Positions 50,890-62,482 of a stretch of DNA of 64,000 nt are shown here, in pieces. A program made the translations under genes and the position numbers. The number at the start of each line of letters is the position of its first letter. Position 1 is the first letter of the stretch. Origin of the DNA: Octopus sinensis (Eukaryota). The notes beneath the pieces were generated by a model, which saw only the letters and a program-made list of their open reading frames with translations, ran no database searches and was not told the origin of the DNA. The stretch covers positions 18,166,001 through 18,230,000 of the forward strand of contig NC_043003.1 of assembly GCF_006345805.1 (NCBI RefSeq). Reading direction: 5' to 3'.

Positions 50890-50898
50890 ATATATATT

Positions 50899-51330
50899 CG
50901 AGGGCGAATCAAAAATTATACACACTCTTGTTTTTTCAGTGTATTTACACAAAAGCAGGGGGTAAACAAGTATGTCATTTTTCTATATAGCTTCCCTCCT
51001 TTTTGATGCATTCAGTCCAGCAGTCGACAAGCTTGCATATTCCCTCCAAGAAGAAGGTTTTCGGTTGGTCGTGCAACAATTTATGAACCGCTTCCTTCAC
51101 ATCTAGGAAATCGACAACCTTGTAAACCATCTTTGAGTGGTCCAAAGATAAGATATTCGGAAGGGGTCAGATCTGGACTGTAGGCAGGGTGTTCCAGCAC
51201 CTCAAAACCCAATTGTTTAATGGTTTCAACGGTCTGGGCAGTTGTGTGTGGGCATGCATTGTCATGCAACAACAAAACCTTCAACAATAGGCTTTGGTGT
51301 TTGGTGCAAATTGCTGACTTCAATTTTTTA
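50899..51330 (-). mobile_element. Mariner transposase C-terminal pseudogene with one TIR
   Basis: LLLHDNACPH and EHPAYSPDLTPSEY motifs; frameshifted tail ..KEAVHK..HDQPKTFFLEGI.KLV..W..CI; terminus (TA)..CGAGGG. Confidence 0.9.
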
Positions 51331-51723
51331 GCAGAGGAGGAGGAAGCTTAGCCTCACTGTGGTCAATCCCTATGCTAGAAAGAATAACCAAATCTCCTTC
51401 AAATCACACCATGTCATCTTATCTTAAATTAGGGCCTCACTTGGTAACATGTTCTTATTATATAGTCTTCTTACCAAAATAGATGATGAGGTCACAGCTG
51501 GAATGCCTTTGATCATTGGTCTGCTCAATGAGGGCTGACATGAGACCAAACAACAACAACAACAACAACAACGTTTTTCATTCATCCATTTCATTAGAAG
51601 CATTCTTGTATAATATCCAGTTGTCTTTTATGATTCACTTCAGCTATCACTGAAGTTCATTCATCTCCAATTTCAGCAGGTCACCTGCACCCACTTCTAC
51701 ATATCACTGCCATATGTTACTTT

Positions 51724-51754
<31 letters not shown>

Positions 51755-51869
51755 TTATGTACTTTCCTTTGCTATTCATAGAGAATGAGAATCTCTTTGT
51801 TGTCAACAGAAGCATTAGTCTGTCACACACCCCTTCCACTAACTTCACACTGTAAATTAGATACTAATA

Positions 51870-53065
51870 ATAATTTCAGATTTGGCACAAAGCTATCAGT
51901 TTTAGTAGAATGGTATTAGTCGATTTAGTATCAGTTTTAGTAGAATGGTATTAGTCGATTTAGTATCAGTTTTAGTAGAATGGTATTAGTCGATTTAGTA
52001 TCAGTTTTAGTAGAATGGTATTAGTCGATTTAGTATCAGTTTTAGTAGAATGGCATTAGTCGATTTAGTATCAGTTTTAGTAGAATGTTATTAGTCGATT
52101 TAGCATCAGTTTTAATAGAATGGTATTAGTCGATTTAGTATCAGTTTTAGTAGAATGGTATTAGTCGATTTAGTATCAGTTTTAGTAGAATGGTATTAGT
52201 CGATTATATCAGCCCAGTGTTTAACTGGAACTTATTTTTATTGACCCCCAAAAGGACGAAAGGCAAAGTCAACATCAGTGAAATTTGAACTCAGAATGCG
52301 AAGAACCAGAAGAGATGCTGCTAAACATTTTGTCCAACATGCTAACAATTCTGCCAGCTCCCCACCGTTATATACCAATAATCCTTTTTACTAATGGCAC
52401 AAAGCCTGAAATGTTAGGGGAGGCTACTTGTTGATTACATTAATCCCAGAGCTTGCCTCGCTCTTAATTTATCTGCTTTGAAAGGATGAAAGGCAAAGTT
52501 GACCTTGGTGGAATTTGAACTCAGAATGTAAAGACAGATGAAATGCCACTTGCCAGTTTTGCACCTCAATTGCTTCAAATTTCAACACAAAGAAAAGAAT
52601 TTTTTCTAACGGGAGGGTGGATGTAATCAACCCCTGTACTTGACTGGTACTTTATTTTATCAACTCTGAAAAGAAGAAGACAAAGTCGATCCCAGTGCGT
52701 AGCTGGTACTTAATTTATCAACCCTGAAAGGATGAAAGGCAAAGTCGATCTCGGCAGAATTTGAACACAGAACGTAACGGCAGATGAAATACCGCTAAGC
52801 ATTTCGTCCGGCATGCTAACGATTCTTATTTCTTTATTGCCCACAAGGGGCTAAACATAGAGGGGACAAACAAGGACTGACAAAGGGATTAAGTCGATTA
52901 CATTGATCCCAGTGCATAACTGGTACTTAATTTATCAACCCCGAAAGGATGAAAGGCAAAGTCGACCTCGGCAGAATTTGAACTCAGAACGTAACGGCAA
53001 ACGAAATACCGCTAACCATTTCGCCTGGCATGCCAACTCATTAGCAATTCTGCCAGCTTGCCACC
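51870..53065 (-). mobile_element. Chain of about five SINE B copies
   Basis: Repeated gaaaggatgaaaggcaaagtc...gaatttgaactcagaa. Confidence 0.85.
51894..52205. repeat. 35-bp minisatellite, about 9 copies, inside a SINE B copy
   Basis: Unit tatcagttttagtagaatggtattagtcgatttag starting at 51894, 51929 ... 52174. Confidence 0.95.
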
Positions 53066-54095
53066 TTATTCTAGTTTATTAATAAACTCCACTCATATTT
53101 CGCAGTTGAGTGATTAACAGTATGATGGGTATCAAGCCATAAAATCAATAACCGCAACAAGTAAACCATCTCACATATGATAGAATAGAAAAAAAAACGA
53201 ATGTAAAACAATAAAATAGAAATAAGCAATTTTTTCCAGCAACAGATTTAGTCTTTTGTTTACAGTAAATTATTTTACAGAAATGCCAGACCATCATCTA
53301 CATCAATCAATGTTTTATTGATTTAGTTTGCTTATGCACAATCTGATATTGTTTTGAATGTGCAGCTTTTCACTTGTCTGTCGTTTGCCTACTGAATAAA
53401 GTCCTTTATTTGGAACTTACTGTCTATTATTAACCATTGCCTGTCTAGGTTGCTCACTGGCAAAAAGAAAAAAAAAAAGCATTGTCCTTGGGGAGTTTGT
53501 GTATGGGAGCTTTTCATCCTCTCTGCTGCAGCACTGCTGTATGTCACTGAAAAATCTTTTTGGTGGTGGTCATAATATTAATTCAGTTGCGATCAGTTTT
53601 TACGAATATTTGGAGGTTGTGAAGTATATTTGAGATGCGATAACCTTGCGTGCAATTAAACCAGTAACTGGTGACAGGATATGGTGCTAATTTGCTAATT
53701 AAACTTAATTAATGTATCACTGTGTCGGCAAAATTGTTGTATTTTGTAAATAATGAGTCAGTTGAGTAAAAAGTTTGGAAAGCTTTACTTAACACGATTG
53801 CTCCATGTGCTGGAAATAGCAGCCAAATCCCCTTCAGGTCACTTCTTACTATCTTTAAAATAAACAAAAATAAAAAGGACATTGGATAATGTAGTCCTAG
53901 ATAAACTGTGTCTGGATAAAAGACAACATGAACAGAGTTGGAATATCTTTGACCATAGATCTACTTGATCAGAGAATACTCGGGGCCAAAAACAACAACA
54001 ACAACAACAATAACCTAAGTTGCTAGTAACCAGGTGTATAATATGTTTACTGTAAGTATTCATTTCCTTTTTTTTTAAATATAATCATCTCTCAC

Positions 54096-54136
54096 CTCAA
54101 GAAATTTCAAGAGTTTAACATTTTCTTCATGTTCTT
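54096..54136 (-). CDS. Candidate 41-nt exon, (x)EHEENVKLLKFLE
   Basis: Acceptor tttatgtttatcgcag, donor GAG|gtgaga; could be chance. Confidence 0.2.
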
Positions 54137-54451
54137 CTGCGATAAACATAAACCTTCTTATATGTCAAAATAGGTGCCTCGAGTGTTTGCCAGCATAGCT
54201 GCCCATGCAGCTATATAAATATTTCTGTTATTTGTTATGAGGCTGACATAGTTGGTACTCCTACATGTTTCATAGACCAAACCATATTCGCCTCATGTAG
54301 GCTGCATTTTCCAGGTTGTTTCTTTCATATCAATATTCACTTTTGCCATAACAATATTATTGTTACATTTATCTGATTTATATGAATATCTATTATCTAT
54401 CTATCTATTTGTCTCTCTCTCTCTATCTATTTGACTATGTGTATATACATA

Positions 54452-54752
54452 TGGAGGCGCAATGGCCCAGTGGTTAGGGTAGTGGACTCACGGTCATAGG
54501 ATCGCGGTTTTGATTCCCAGACCGGGCATTGTTAGTGTTTATTGAGCGAAAACACCTAAAGCTCCATGATGCTCCGGCTGGGGATGGTGGTGATCCCTGC
54601 TGTACTTTTTTGCCACAACTTTTTCTCACTCTTTCTTCTGTTGGCCTGCTCACTTAGCCAGTGGGGTGGCATCATTTGAAGGCTAAAACAATGCAAAGCG
54701 CATTGTGACCAGCGATGTGTAGCAACATCTGATAGCCTGGTCGATCATGGTG

Positions 54753-54755
<3 letters not shown>
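54452..54755 (+). mobile_element. SINE family H
   Basis: A box TGGCCCAGTGG; inverted homolog of 18720-19040. Confidence 0.85.
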
Positions 54756-54787
<32 letters not shown>

Positions 54788-56039
54788 GATAGATGGACGG
54801 ACGGACATCCAGTCACTGAAATGAAACAACATCAAACCTAATTGGTTTGTATTTAAATGGGTGACCGCTTGGGAAATCTAGGTGCTGTAAGCATCTTTAG
54901 GTGCAGGTGTAGTTAAACTGAGCAGAAGACCAAATGGTTGGGAACCTTGCTTGGTTTAGTATCAGTGTGTGGAACTTTGCGCAAGTGTCTTTCAATATAG
55001 CCCCTGGCCAATGAAAGCCTTGTGAGTGAATGTGGTAGATGGAAAATGAAAGAAGCCCATTGTATATAGGTGTTATCAAGTACCCCTGTGTTGATGTCAT
55101 ATGATAGCTGTAAACAAGTATCCCTATTGTACAAGCTGGTAACAGGAAAGGCATCCAGGTATAGAAAATCTGCCTCAACGAACACCATCTGACCTATACA
55201 AGTATGGGAAAGTAGATGTTGAAATGATGATGATGATGATGATGATAGTCAGGAAAGAAAGCCTATGGACTTTTACAAGGTCTCCAAAACTAGAGGGAGG
55301 ACATAGAGTATCTTCAAACTGGAGACCCGACCTGAATGTTTTCCCCAGATTGAGCTCTGGTAAAGGCACTTTTAAACTGGCAGACATCACACGAACTCCA
55401 AAACAGATCCTTTAAATTTTTCAAGCTTCATTATCTTTTACATTTTTCTTACTTCATTCATTAGACTGCATCCGTGTTGGGGCACCACCTTGGCGAGATT
55501 AATCAAACAAATTGACCCCAGTCCTTTTTTTTTTTAAATCTCATTTTTTTTTTGGGGGGGGGACCCTTTTGTTGAACCACTAAGTTGTGGTGATGTAAAC
55601 AAACCAACACCAATTGCCAATCAGTAGTGGAGGACAAACACACACACACACACATATATACATACACACACACACATATATATATACATACACACACACA
55701 CATATATATATACATATATACAACATGCTTTCTTCAGGTTCTACCTTCCAAAATCACTCATTAGGCTTTGGTTAGCCTAGGGCTATTGTAGAAGACACTT
55801 ATCCAAGGTGCCACACAGTTGGACTGAACCCAGAACCATACAGTTGGGAAGCAAACATCTTATCACACAGCCATGCCTGCACCTATTAATGAAAATTATT
55901 TAAAAAAATATTTTTTCAGAACCTGTTAGGACAAGCAGGCAAGAAAAATTACATTGACAACTATCATATGTATAAATATACTTAAATCACAATGGTAACA
56001 CCTATATAAAGGAGTTAATATACTGCTTTATATATGACC

Positions 56040-56290
56040 GTGGAGGCAAATGGCTTAGTGGTTAGGGTGTCAGCATCATGATCGTAAGATTGTGGTTTCG
56101 ATTCCTGGACCGGGCGACGCATTGTGTTCTTGAGCAAAACACTTCATTTCACATTGCTCCAGCCTGCTTAGCTGGCAAAAATGACACTGCAATGGACTGG
56201 CGTCCCGTCCAGCTGGGGAACACATACGCCATAGAAACCAGGAAACCAGGCCCATGAGCCTGGCTAGGCTTTAAAAGGGCGCATTTATTT
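56040..56290 (+). mobile_element. SINE family G
   Basis: Near-identical to 20403-20654. Confidence 0.9.
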
Positions 56291-56965
56291 TATTTTATAT
56301 ATGACCAGGCATAAGTATGGCTGTATGGTTAAGAAGCTTCCCAACCCCTTAATTCAGTTTTCATCTACCAAATCCACTCGCAAGGCTTCGGTCAGCCTGG
56401 GACTGTAGTAGAAGGCAATTGCCCACAGTGCCATGCAGTGGGACTGAACCCGAAACCATGTGGAACCCGTTGGAATAATGATACACATTTAGAGCCATAA
56501 TTATAGAGACACAAAAATAAACATCCTTCATAGTCTCTTTAGTGTGCATTATTGCGTTAGGTACTTAAGTACATAAAAGATGTTATCAACAGAATGAGTG
56601 TTCATGGTTTGGATAAGAGGCATTAATTTACAGTTAATTACAGGAAGGATTAATTTTGATTGGCTTTAGAAAAAAAAATGTGAAACAATGAAAAAGCTGA
56701 TCGTCTGATTGTAGGTCAAAGGTGTGTGCATCTAGATACAAAGAAAAATAAAAATTAAGGGGAATATAGGATATAAAATATAAAATGAATGCATGATTCC
56801 TTTGTCAGTATGGATTCTATTTATGTGGTGTACAAATTCTTAGCATTTAATTACCCTAATTTCTAATGAGCAATTCTTATTTAGGAATAATGAAATGGAA
56901 TATGTTGTTAATGTTTATACAAAATGAAAGGATACAATTCTATATTTCTGAGATGAGAAATTTAT

Positions 56966-57223
56966 TTTATGTATTCTGTTTATATTAGTCAAACTGGTAC
57001 CTTCATTTTAGTTGTTGTTTTTACTCTATTTCGGTTGTTGTATGCTCCAGTCTTCTTCAGGTGTCTTGTGTTGGACTCGGTTGTAAGTTCAAAATTCTGA
57101 TGCAACAACCAAGTTCAACATGAGACACCTGAAGAAAGCTTGAGTGTACAACAGCCAAAATGTATTGAGAGCAGCAATCAAGATGAGAACACCTGTATGA
57201 CTAATATAAACAGTATACATAAA
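56966..57223. mobile_element. Palindromic element (arms about 56966-57085 and 57104-57223) with two divergent hammerhead-like cores; probable Penelope-like inverted terminal repeats
   Basis: Arms are reverse complements (e.g. tgactaatataaacag.atacataaa); CTGAAGA cores at 57054-57060 (-) and 57129-57135 (+). Confidence 0.7.
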
Positions 57224-57250
57224 TGAAAGAATGGTTTCTATATTGCAGAT

Positions 57251-57575
57251 AGGTCAATTCAGGTATTGGCGCATGCACTGTTGCAGTGCATTGTTGCTTT
57301 TCCATCATTTGTCAGTATTTGCTTGGGACGTCTTGGGTGAACCCTCCAAGCAGTGTCCCAGTCTGTCCCCATCTCCACAAGTTATTTTCTTCATCCACTG
57401 TGACCATGTGGTATGTGACCACCTAACACGAGTCATCATCCCAGCTAGATCCTTAGAGAAGAAAACATGACACGCAGGATCCAACTTGGAAAACCAAACA
57501 ACATGATGAAACAGTCTGAGCTTACACCCCCAAATCATACAAATGTGTTGTGTGGACGCCCCCAGACGATGAAGT
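57251..57575 (-). mobile_element. Decayed RTE-clade LINE 3' end
   Basis: ..KLRLFHHVVWFSKLDPACHVF..D..G..RVRWSHTTWSQ.M.. resembles the RTE pattern RLRLFGHVAR...DPA......P.GW.R.RGRP..TW. Confidence 0.7.
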
Positions 57576-58389
57576 AGGCCAGCCCAATACGTAGATATAG
57601 AGGGAGAAGCCTAGACGTTAGGAAGAGAGCACAGTTGAGTAGCAGAGTAGGAGTTGAGTAGTAGAAGGCACCTGAATGTGCAATATAACAAAATGACAGA
57701 ATGCATCTTAGTTTCTTAGTATAGTCATTGTTTGGATACAAATCTCAGTTATCACACTCACAGTGCCTTGGTTAGCCCAAAGTTATAGTAAAAGACACTT
57801 GCCCAGGATGCCTCGCATTGGGACTGAGCCCAGAACCTTGTGGTTGAGAAGCAAACTTCTTACCACACAGCCACACCTGCACCTATAGATAGATAGATAG
57901 CTATAGAATCTGGTTGAACCTTCTACCTCCTCTGTTCTGGTTAAACTGTCCAACTCATGCCAGCATGGAAGAGAGGACATTAAATTATGATGATGATGAT
58001 GCAGCTAGTTTCCACAGAGTTTTGCAACTACTTACAAGGCGCTGGTCAGCATGGGCCTATAATATAAGAAAGACACTGGGCCATCGAAGGTGCTACATGG
58101 GAATGAACCTGAGACTTCATGATTGCAAAACAAACTTCTTAACCACACAGCCGTGCCTGTGGCTAATCTGCGACTTAATAAAAGACAGATATTTAACAAT
58201 TGAAGTCTAATGTTATCTTACATATAATATCGAAATGTCAGCTTAAGCTTTGAAACAAAATTTCGAACACTTAAAATAAGCCAGTTTGATGTTGGCTGTT
58301 GGAAGGGTTAACAGTTAAGATTTTTGCATAAATGCTATTGGATACCATAAACACCAATTTGAGATAGTGTAAAAGAGCAGCTGATTCTC

Positions 58390-58397
58390 TGACGTCA
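58390..58397. promoter_or_regulatory. Perfect CRE palindrome TGACGTCA
   Basis: Motif in unique sequence about 300 nt upstream of a candidate exon; function untested. Confidence 0.3.
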
Positions 58398-58698
58398 ATG
58401 GGCTTGTTGCTGGTGTTTTTTTTCTTTTTCCTGTCTCAAACCCGTGCTTGTTATGACTTAATGTCATCTTCTATTATGCCCGCGATCTAGATTTTCTTTC
58501 TTTTGTTTGTTATTCATTATTTAATCGAGAGAAGGAGGGACAGTACAGGTGACCTTTGCAGACCGTCCTAGATTGGTGAGGCTGATACAGTGGATGTTCT
58601 GTCGATGCGTGAAAGGAAGCAACAGACGGGGGAGTGACTCTCCAGAAGGTTGCAGATTTGGAAGAAAGGATTGGGTTTGTGTTTGGTGTGTGGTTAGG

Positions 58699-58762
58699 AT
58701 GGAGTCGGATGCTGTACAGAAGGGTTTCGAGAGGAATGTGCAAGTGGTCTTGGGGCAAAAAG
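58699..58762 (+). CDS. Candidate first coding exon, MESDAVQKGFERNVQVVLGQK
   Basis: aggATGG start context, donor AAG|gtatgt at 58763; protein not recognised. Confidence 0.25.
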
Positions 58763-59064
58763 GTATGTACGACGTAAACAAAAATGAGCTGAGAGAAATA
58801 CCTTAAAGTGGATAGAGACACGTATTTGAACAAATTAGATAAATACAGGTATATCAAATACCACACAACATAAATTTTTGATTTATTCTTTTATTCCTTT
58901 ACTTGTTTTAGTCATTTGACTGTGGCCATGCTGGAGCACCACCTTGAAGGGTTTTTCAGCCAAACAAGTCAACTCCAGGACTTATATTTTTTTAAGCCTA
59001 GTACTTATTCTATCAGTCTCTTTAGCTAAACCACTAAGTTTCAGGGATGTAAACACATCAATGT

Positions 59065-59350
59065 GGATGCACATGGCCTAGGGGACTCGCAGTCGAGGGA
59101 TCATGGGTTCAAATCTCAGTCCGGGCAATGTGTGTGCTTATGAACAAAACAATTAAGCTCCATGCAGCTCCAGCAGGAGGTAATGGCAAACTTCTGCTGA
59201 CTCTTTCATCACAAGTTTCTTTCACTCTTTCCTCCTGCATCTAGCAGCTCACCTGTGACAGACCGGTGTCCTGTTCAAGTGAGGTACTTATACGCCAATG
59301 AAACCGGGAAACCAGCCCTTATGAGCCAGGCATGGCTTGAGAGGGAACAA
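59065..59350 (+). mobile_element. SINE H inserted in a SINE A (-) copy
   Basis: aaacaca(t/c)caa direct repeat on both sides; SINE A resumes near 59355. Confidence 0.75.
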
Positions 59351-59423
59351 ACAACAACAAAACACACCAACACTGGTTGTCAAATGGTGATGTGAGACAA
59401 ACAAACACAAAGAGACACACACA

Positions 59424-60789
59424 CATCATCATCATCATCATCATCATCATCATTTAGCGTCCGTTTTCCATGCTAGCATGGGTTGGACGGTTCAACTGGG
59501 GTCTGGGGAGCCCGAAGGCTGCACCAGGCCAGTCAGATCTGGCAGTGTTTCTACAGCTGGATGCCCTTCCTAACGCCAACCACTCCGAGAGTGTAGTGGG
59601 TGATTTTATGTGCCACCGACACAGGTGCCAGACGAGGCTGGCGAACGGCCACGCTCGGATGGTGTTTTTATGTGCCACCGACACAGGTGCCAGACGAGGC
59701 TGGCAGACGGCCACGCTCGGATGGTGTTTTTGTGCCACCGACACAGGTGCCAGATGAGGCTGGCGGACGGCCACGATCGGATGGTGTTTGTTACGTCCCC
59801 AAAGCACGGAGGCCAGTCTATGCGGTACTGGCTACGGCCACGTTCGGATGATTATCTTGTGTGCCACCGGCACTGGTACCACAAAGATACAAATTCCATT
59901 GATGTTCATCTATTTTGATTTGTTTTGATTTGATTTTCACTTGCCTCAACAGGTCTTCACAAGTGTCACAAGAAGGAAGGTATGCACAGGTGGACTGACT
60001 ACGTCGCAGGTAGGGGCCACGGGTTATGGCCTGACTAGTCTTGCCGGGTCTTCGGATGTGTTTTTATGTGCCACCGACACAGGTGCCAGATGAGGCTGGC
60101 GAACGGCCACGATCAGATGGTGTTTGTTACGTGCCCACAGCACGGAGGCCAGTCGATGCGGTACTGGCTACGGCCACGTTCGGATGGTTTTCTTGTGTGC
60201 CACCGGCACTGGTACCACAAAGATACAAATTCCATTGATGTTCATCTATTTTGATTTGATTTGATTTGATTTTCACTTGCCTCAACAGGTCTTCACAAGT
60301 GTCACAGGAAGGAAGGAAGGTATGCACAGGTGGACTGACTACGTCCCAAGTAGGGGCCACGGGTTATGGCCTGACTAGTCTTGCCGGGTCTTCGGTTGGT
60401 GTTTTTATGTGCCACCGACACAGGTGCCAGATGAGGCTGGCGAACGGCCACGCTCGGATGGTGTTTTTATGTGCCCACGTCACAGAGGCCAGTCGATGCG
60501 GTACTGGCTACGGCCACGTTCGGATGGTTTTCTTGTGTGCCAACGGTACTGGTACCACAAAGATACAAATTCCATTGATGTTCATCTATTTTGATTTGGT
60601 TTGATTTGATTTGATTTGATTTTTGATTTTTATATATATATGCGCCGGGCTACTTTCAGTTTCCATTTCCCAAGCTCACTCACAAAGCTTTAGTCAGAAG
60701 GCTATAGAAGACATTTGCTCAAGGTGCCACACAGTGGGACTGAACCTGGAACCACATGGTTGGAAAGCAAGCTTCTTACCACACAGCCA
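59424..60789 (-). mobile_element. 1.37-kb composite retroposon: SINE A head + 3x ~340-bp higher-order repeat + ~61-bp VNTR + D tail + (GAT)n
   Basis: acaaagatacaaattcc at 59881, 60217, 60557; tgccaccgacac units at 59611, 59673, 59733; family A head at 60640-60789. Confidence 0.85.
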
Positions 60790-61842
60790 TATTAAAATTA
60801 CCTCCACTTCTAGAGAACATACCATAATTATCAAGCGATAATTATTTAAGAGTTGTAATGTTTGGAGTTTACCAACGTAGATGGTTGATAAAATAAAAGA
60901 CAACCAATATATAAAGAATTTTACGTACCTTACTAATCCAAAACATATTTTGGCATACATGACACACATTCTTCTTCTCTGAGAATGATTCCTTGCTTTC
61001 TGGGATTCTTTTCTTTTTGTTTTTTTGTTCTGACATTTTACTTTTCATGGATACCATACGCAAATCTTTCCTTTCATATGGTTTATAATGTTACTTGTGT
61101 GGTGGGGATGATACATGTGCATGCATGTATATGAGTGTGTTTGTATGTGTTCGCTTCTAGAAATCTGTTTTTACAAAGTGTTTACACACATATAAATATG
61201 TGTGTGTAATGTTTATGTACGAAAAGTTTCCTAATGGTGGTGCCCCAGCATGGCCACAGCTCGTGAACTGAAACTAGATGAAATAAAAAAAATAAGATTA
61301 TAAGGTGATTTGTATGTGTGAATATATGTATTTATGTTGTTGTTTTTGTTGTTGTTGTTGTTTAGCTGCAGACATTCCAACCGTGACTGTCCTATATTAT
61401 TTCTAAAGGACTACATTATGCAGCATGTTCTTCTTTTTTTTAAGATGGTCAAGCAGAGTTTGAGTGAAACTTGGTTGCTGTTTCTAGCATGTCAGGCAAT
61501 TATCTAGATTGAGTAAACCCATTATCAGGAGTGTTCCGGCCATGACCGTCTCGTATTTTTAGGGATTTCTCAGACTACATTATCAAATGTGCCAGTAGGA
61601 TCACAGAGCTAACTTAGTGCTTTATTTTAATGACTGCCCCCCCCCCCATACACACACACACATACACACATTCAAGAAAAAGACAAGAGGCAAAGTTGAT
61701 CTCAGACACAGAAATTTAAATTAAATGAAATTACACATCACTGCATATTGTTTTTGTAATTTAATTTGCAAGATTCTTGATGTGAATTCTCATGCTTTGG
61801 AAAACAAATTTTGTTGTATGTATCCCATTAAAGCCATTATAT

Positions 61843-62030
61843 TTAGTTATCTCCATGCCATGAGGCACATAAGACCACGACACAATTTCTCCAATACTGT
61901 TCTGGTCTCAATCTCCACCACTTTAGTGCCACCATACAAACATTTTCTCAATCTTGTCTGAAGACATGTCCAATCTAGTTCCAGCATCTCTGTCTAATTT
62001 CATCAGTAATCCTGTTGATGTGAGGGTCAT
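61843..62030 (-). mobile_element. Decayed RTE-clade LINE 3' end
   Basis: ITDEIRQRCWN*IGHVFRQD*ENVCMVALKW matches the RTE pattern EIRRRRWNWIGHVLR...C.VAL.W; 3' cttatgtgcctcatggcatg. Confidence 0.7.
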
Positions 62031-62086
62031 TATGCCAATAATAAACACAGGCACTGGTTCTATTTCACTTTCTTTTTTTAGTATTA

Positions 62087-62482
62087 CTAGCAGTATCGCC
62101 CGGCATTGCTCAGGTTTGTTTCGACCCTTTAGAATTGGAATTTTTGAAAAGTAAAAATTTTGCATTATGTAGCTTGTTATTCTCTTTAAGTAAACATTTT
62201 TCTGGTTGAAATACACTGATAAATGGTGACACAGCAGTCAAAAAATTGTAAAAAAAATAAGGATTTTCATAGAATAAAAGCACCTTATTGATGTAAATAA
62301 TTTTTGGTGTTAACATTGTCCGATTTGAATTTTATCTTCTATGGAATGAAGAGCAAGCCTTCTTCTATCATACTCTCAATTTTGGTCAACTTGCACCGCA
62401 GGGTCTCAGAGGAGATAGTGTTAGTTGAAGGCTACCAAACCTACCAAACACAGACAACTTCAGCTTTATATATAGAGAGAGA
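62087..62482 (-). mobile_element. Non-autonomous Helitron (family E)
   Basis: Homologous to 28477-28878. Confidence 0.85.

Noticed and set aside
49964-52205. Regular 35-bp arrays and the 59.6-60.6 kb repeats as CRISPR arrays
   Set aside because: Units are directly tandem with no unique spacers, there are no cas genes, and the context is eukaryotic.
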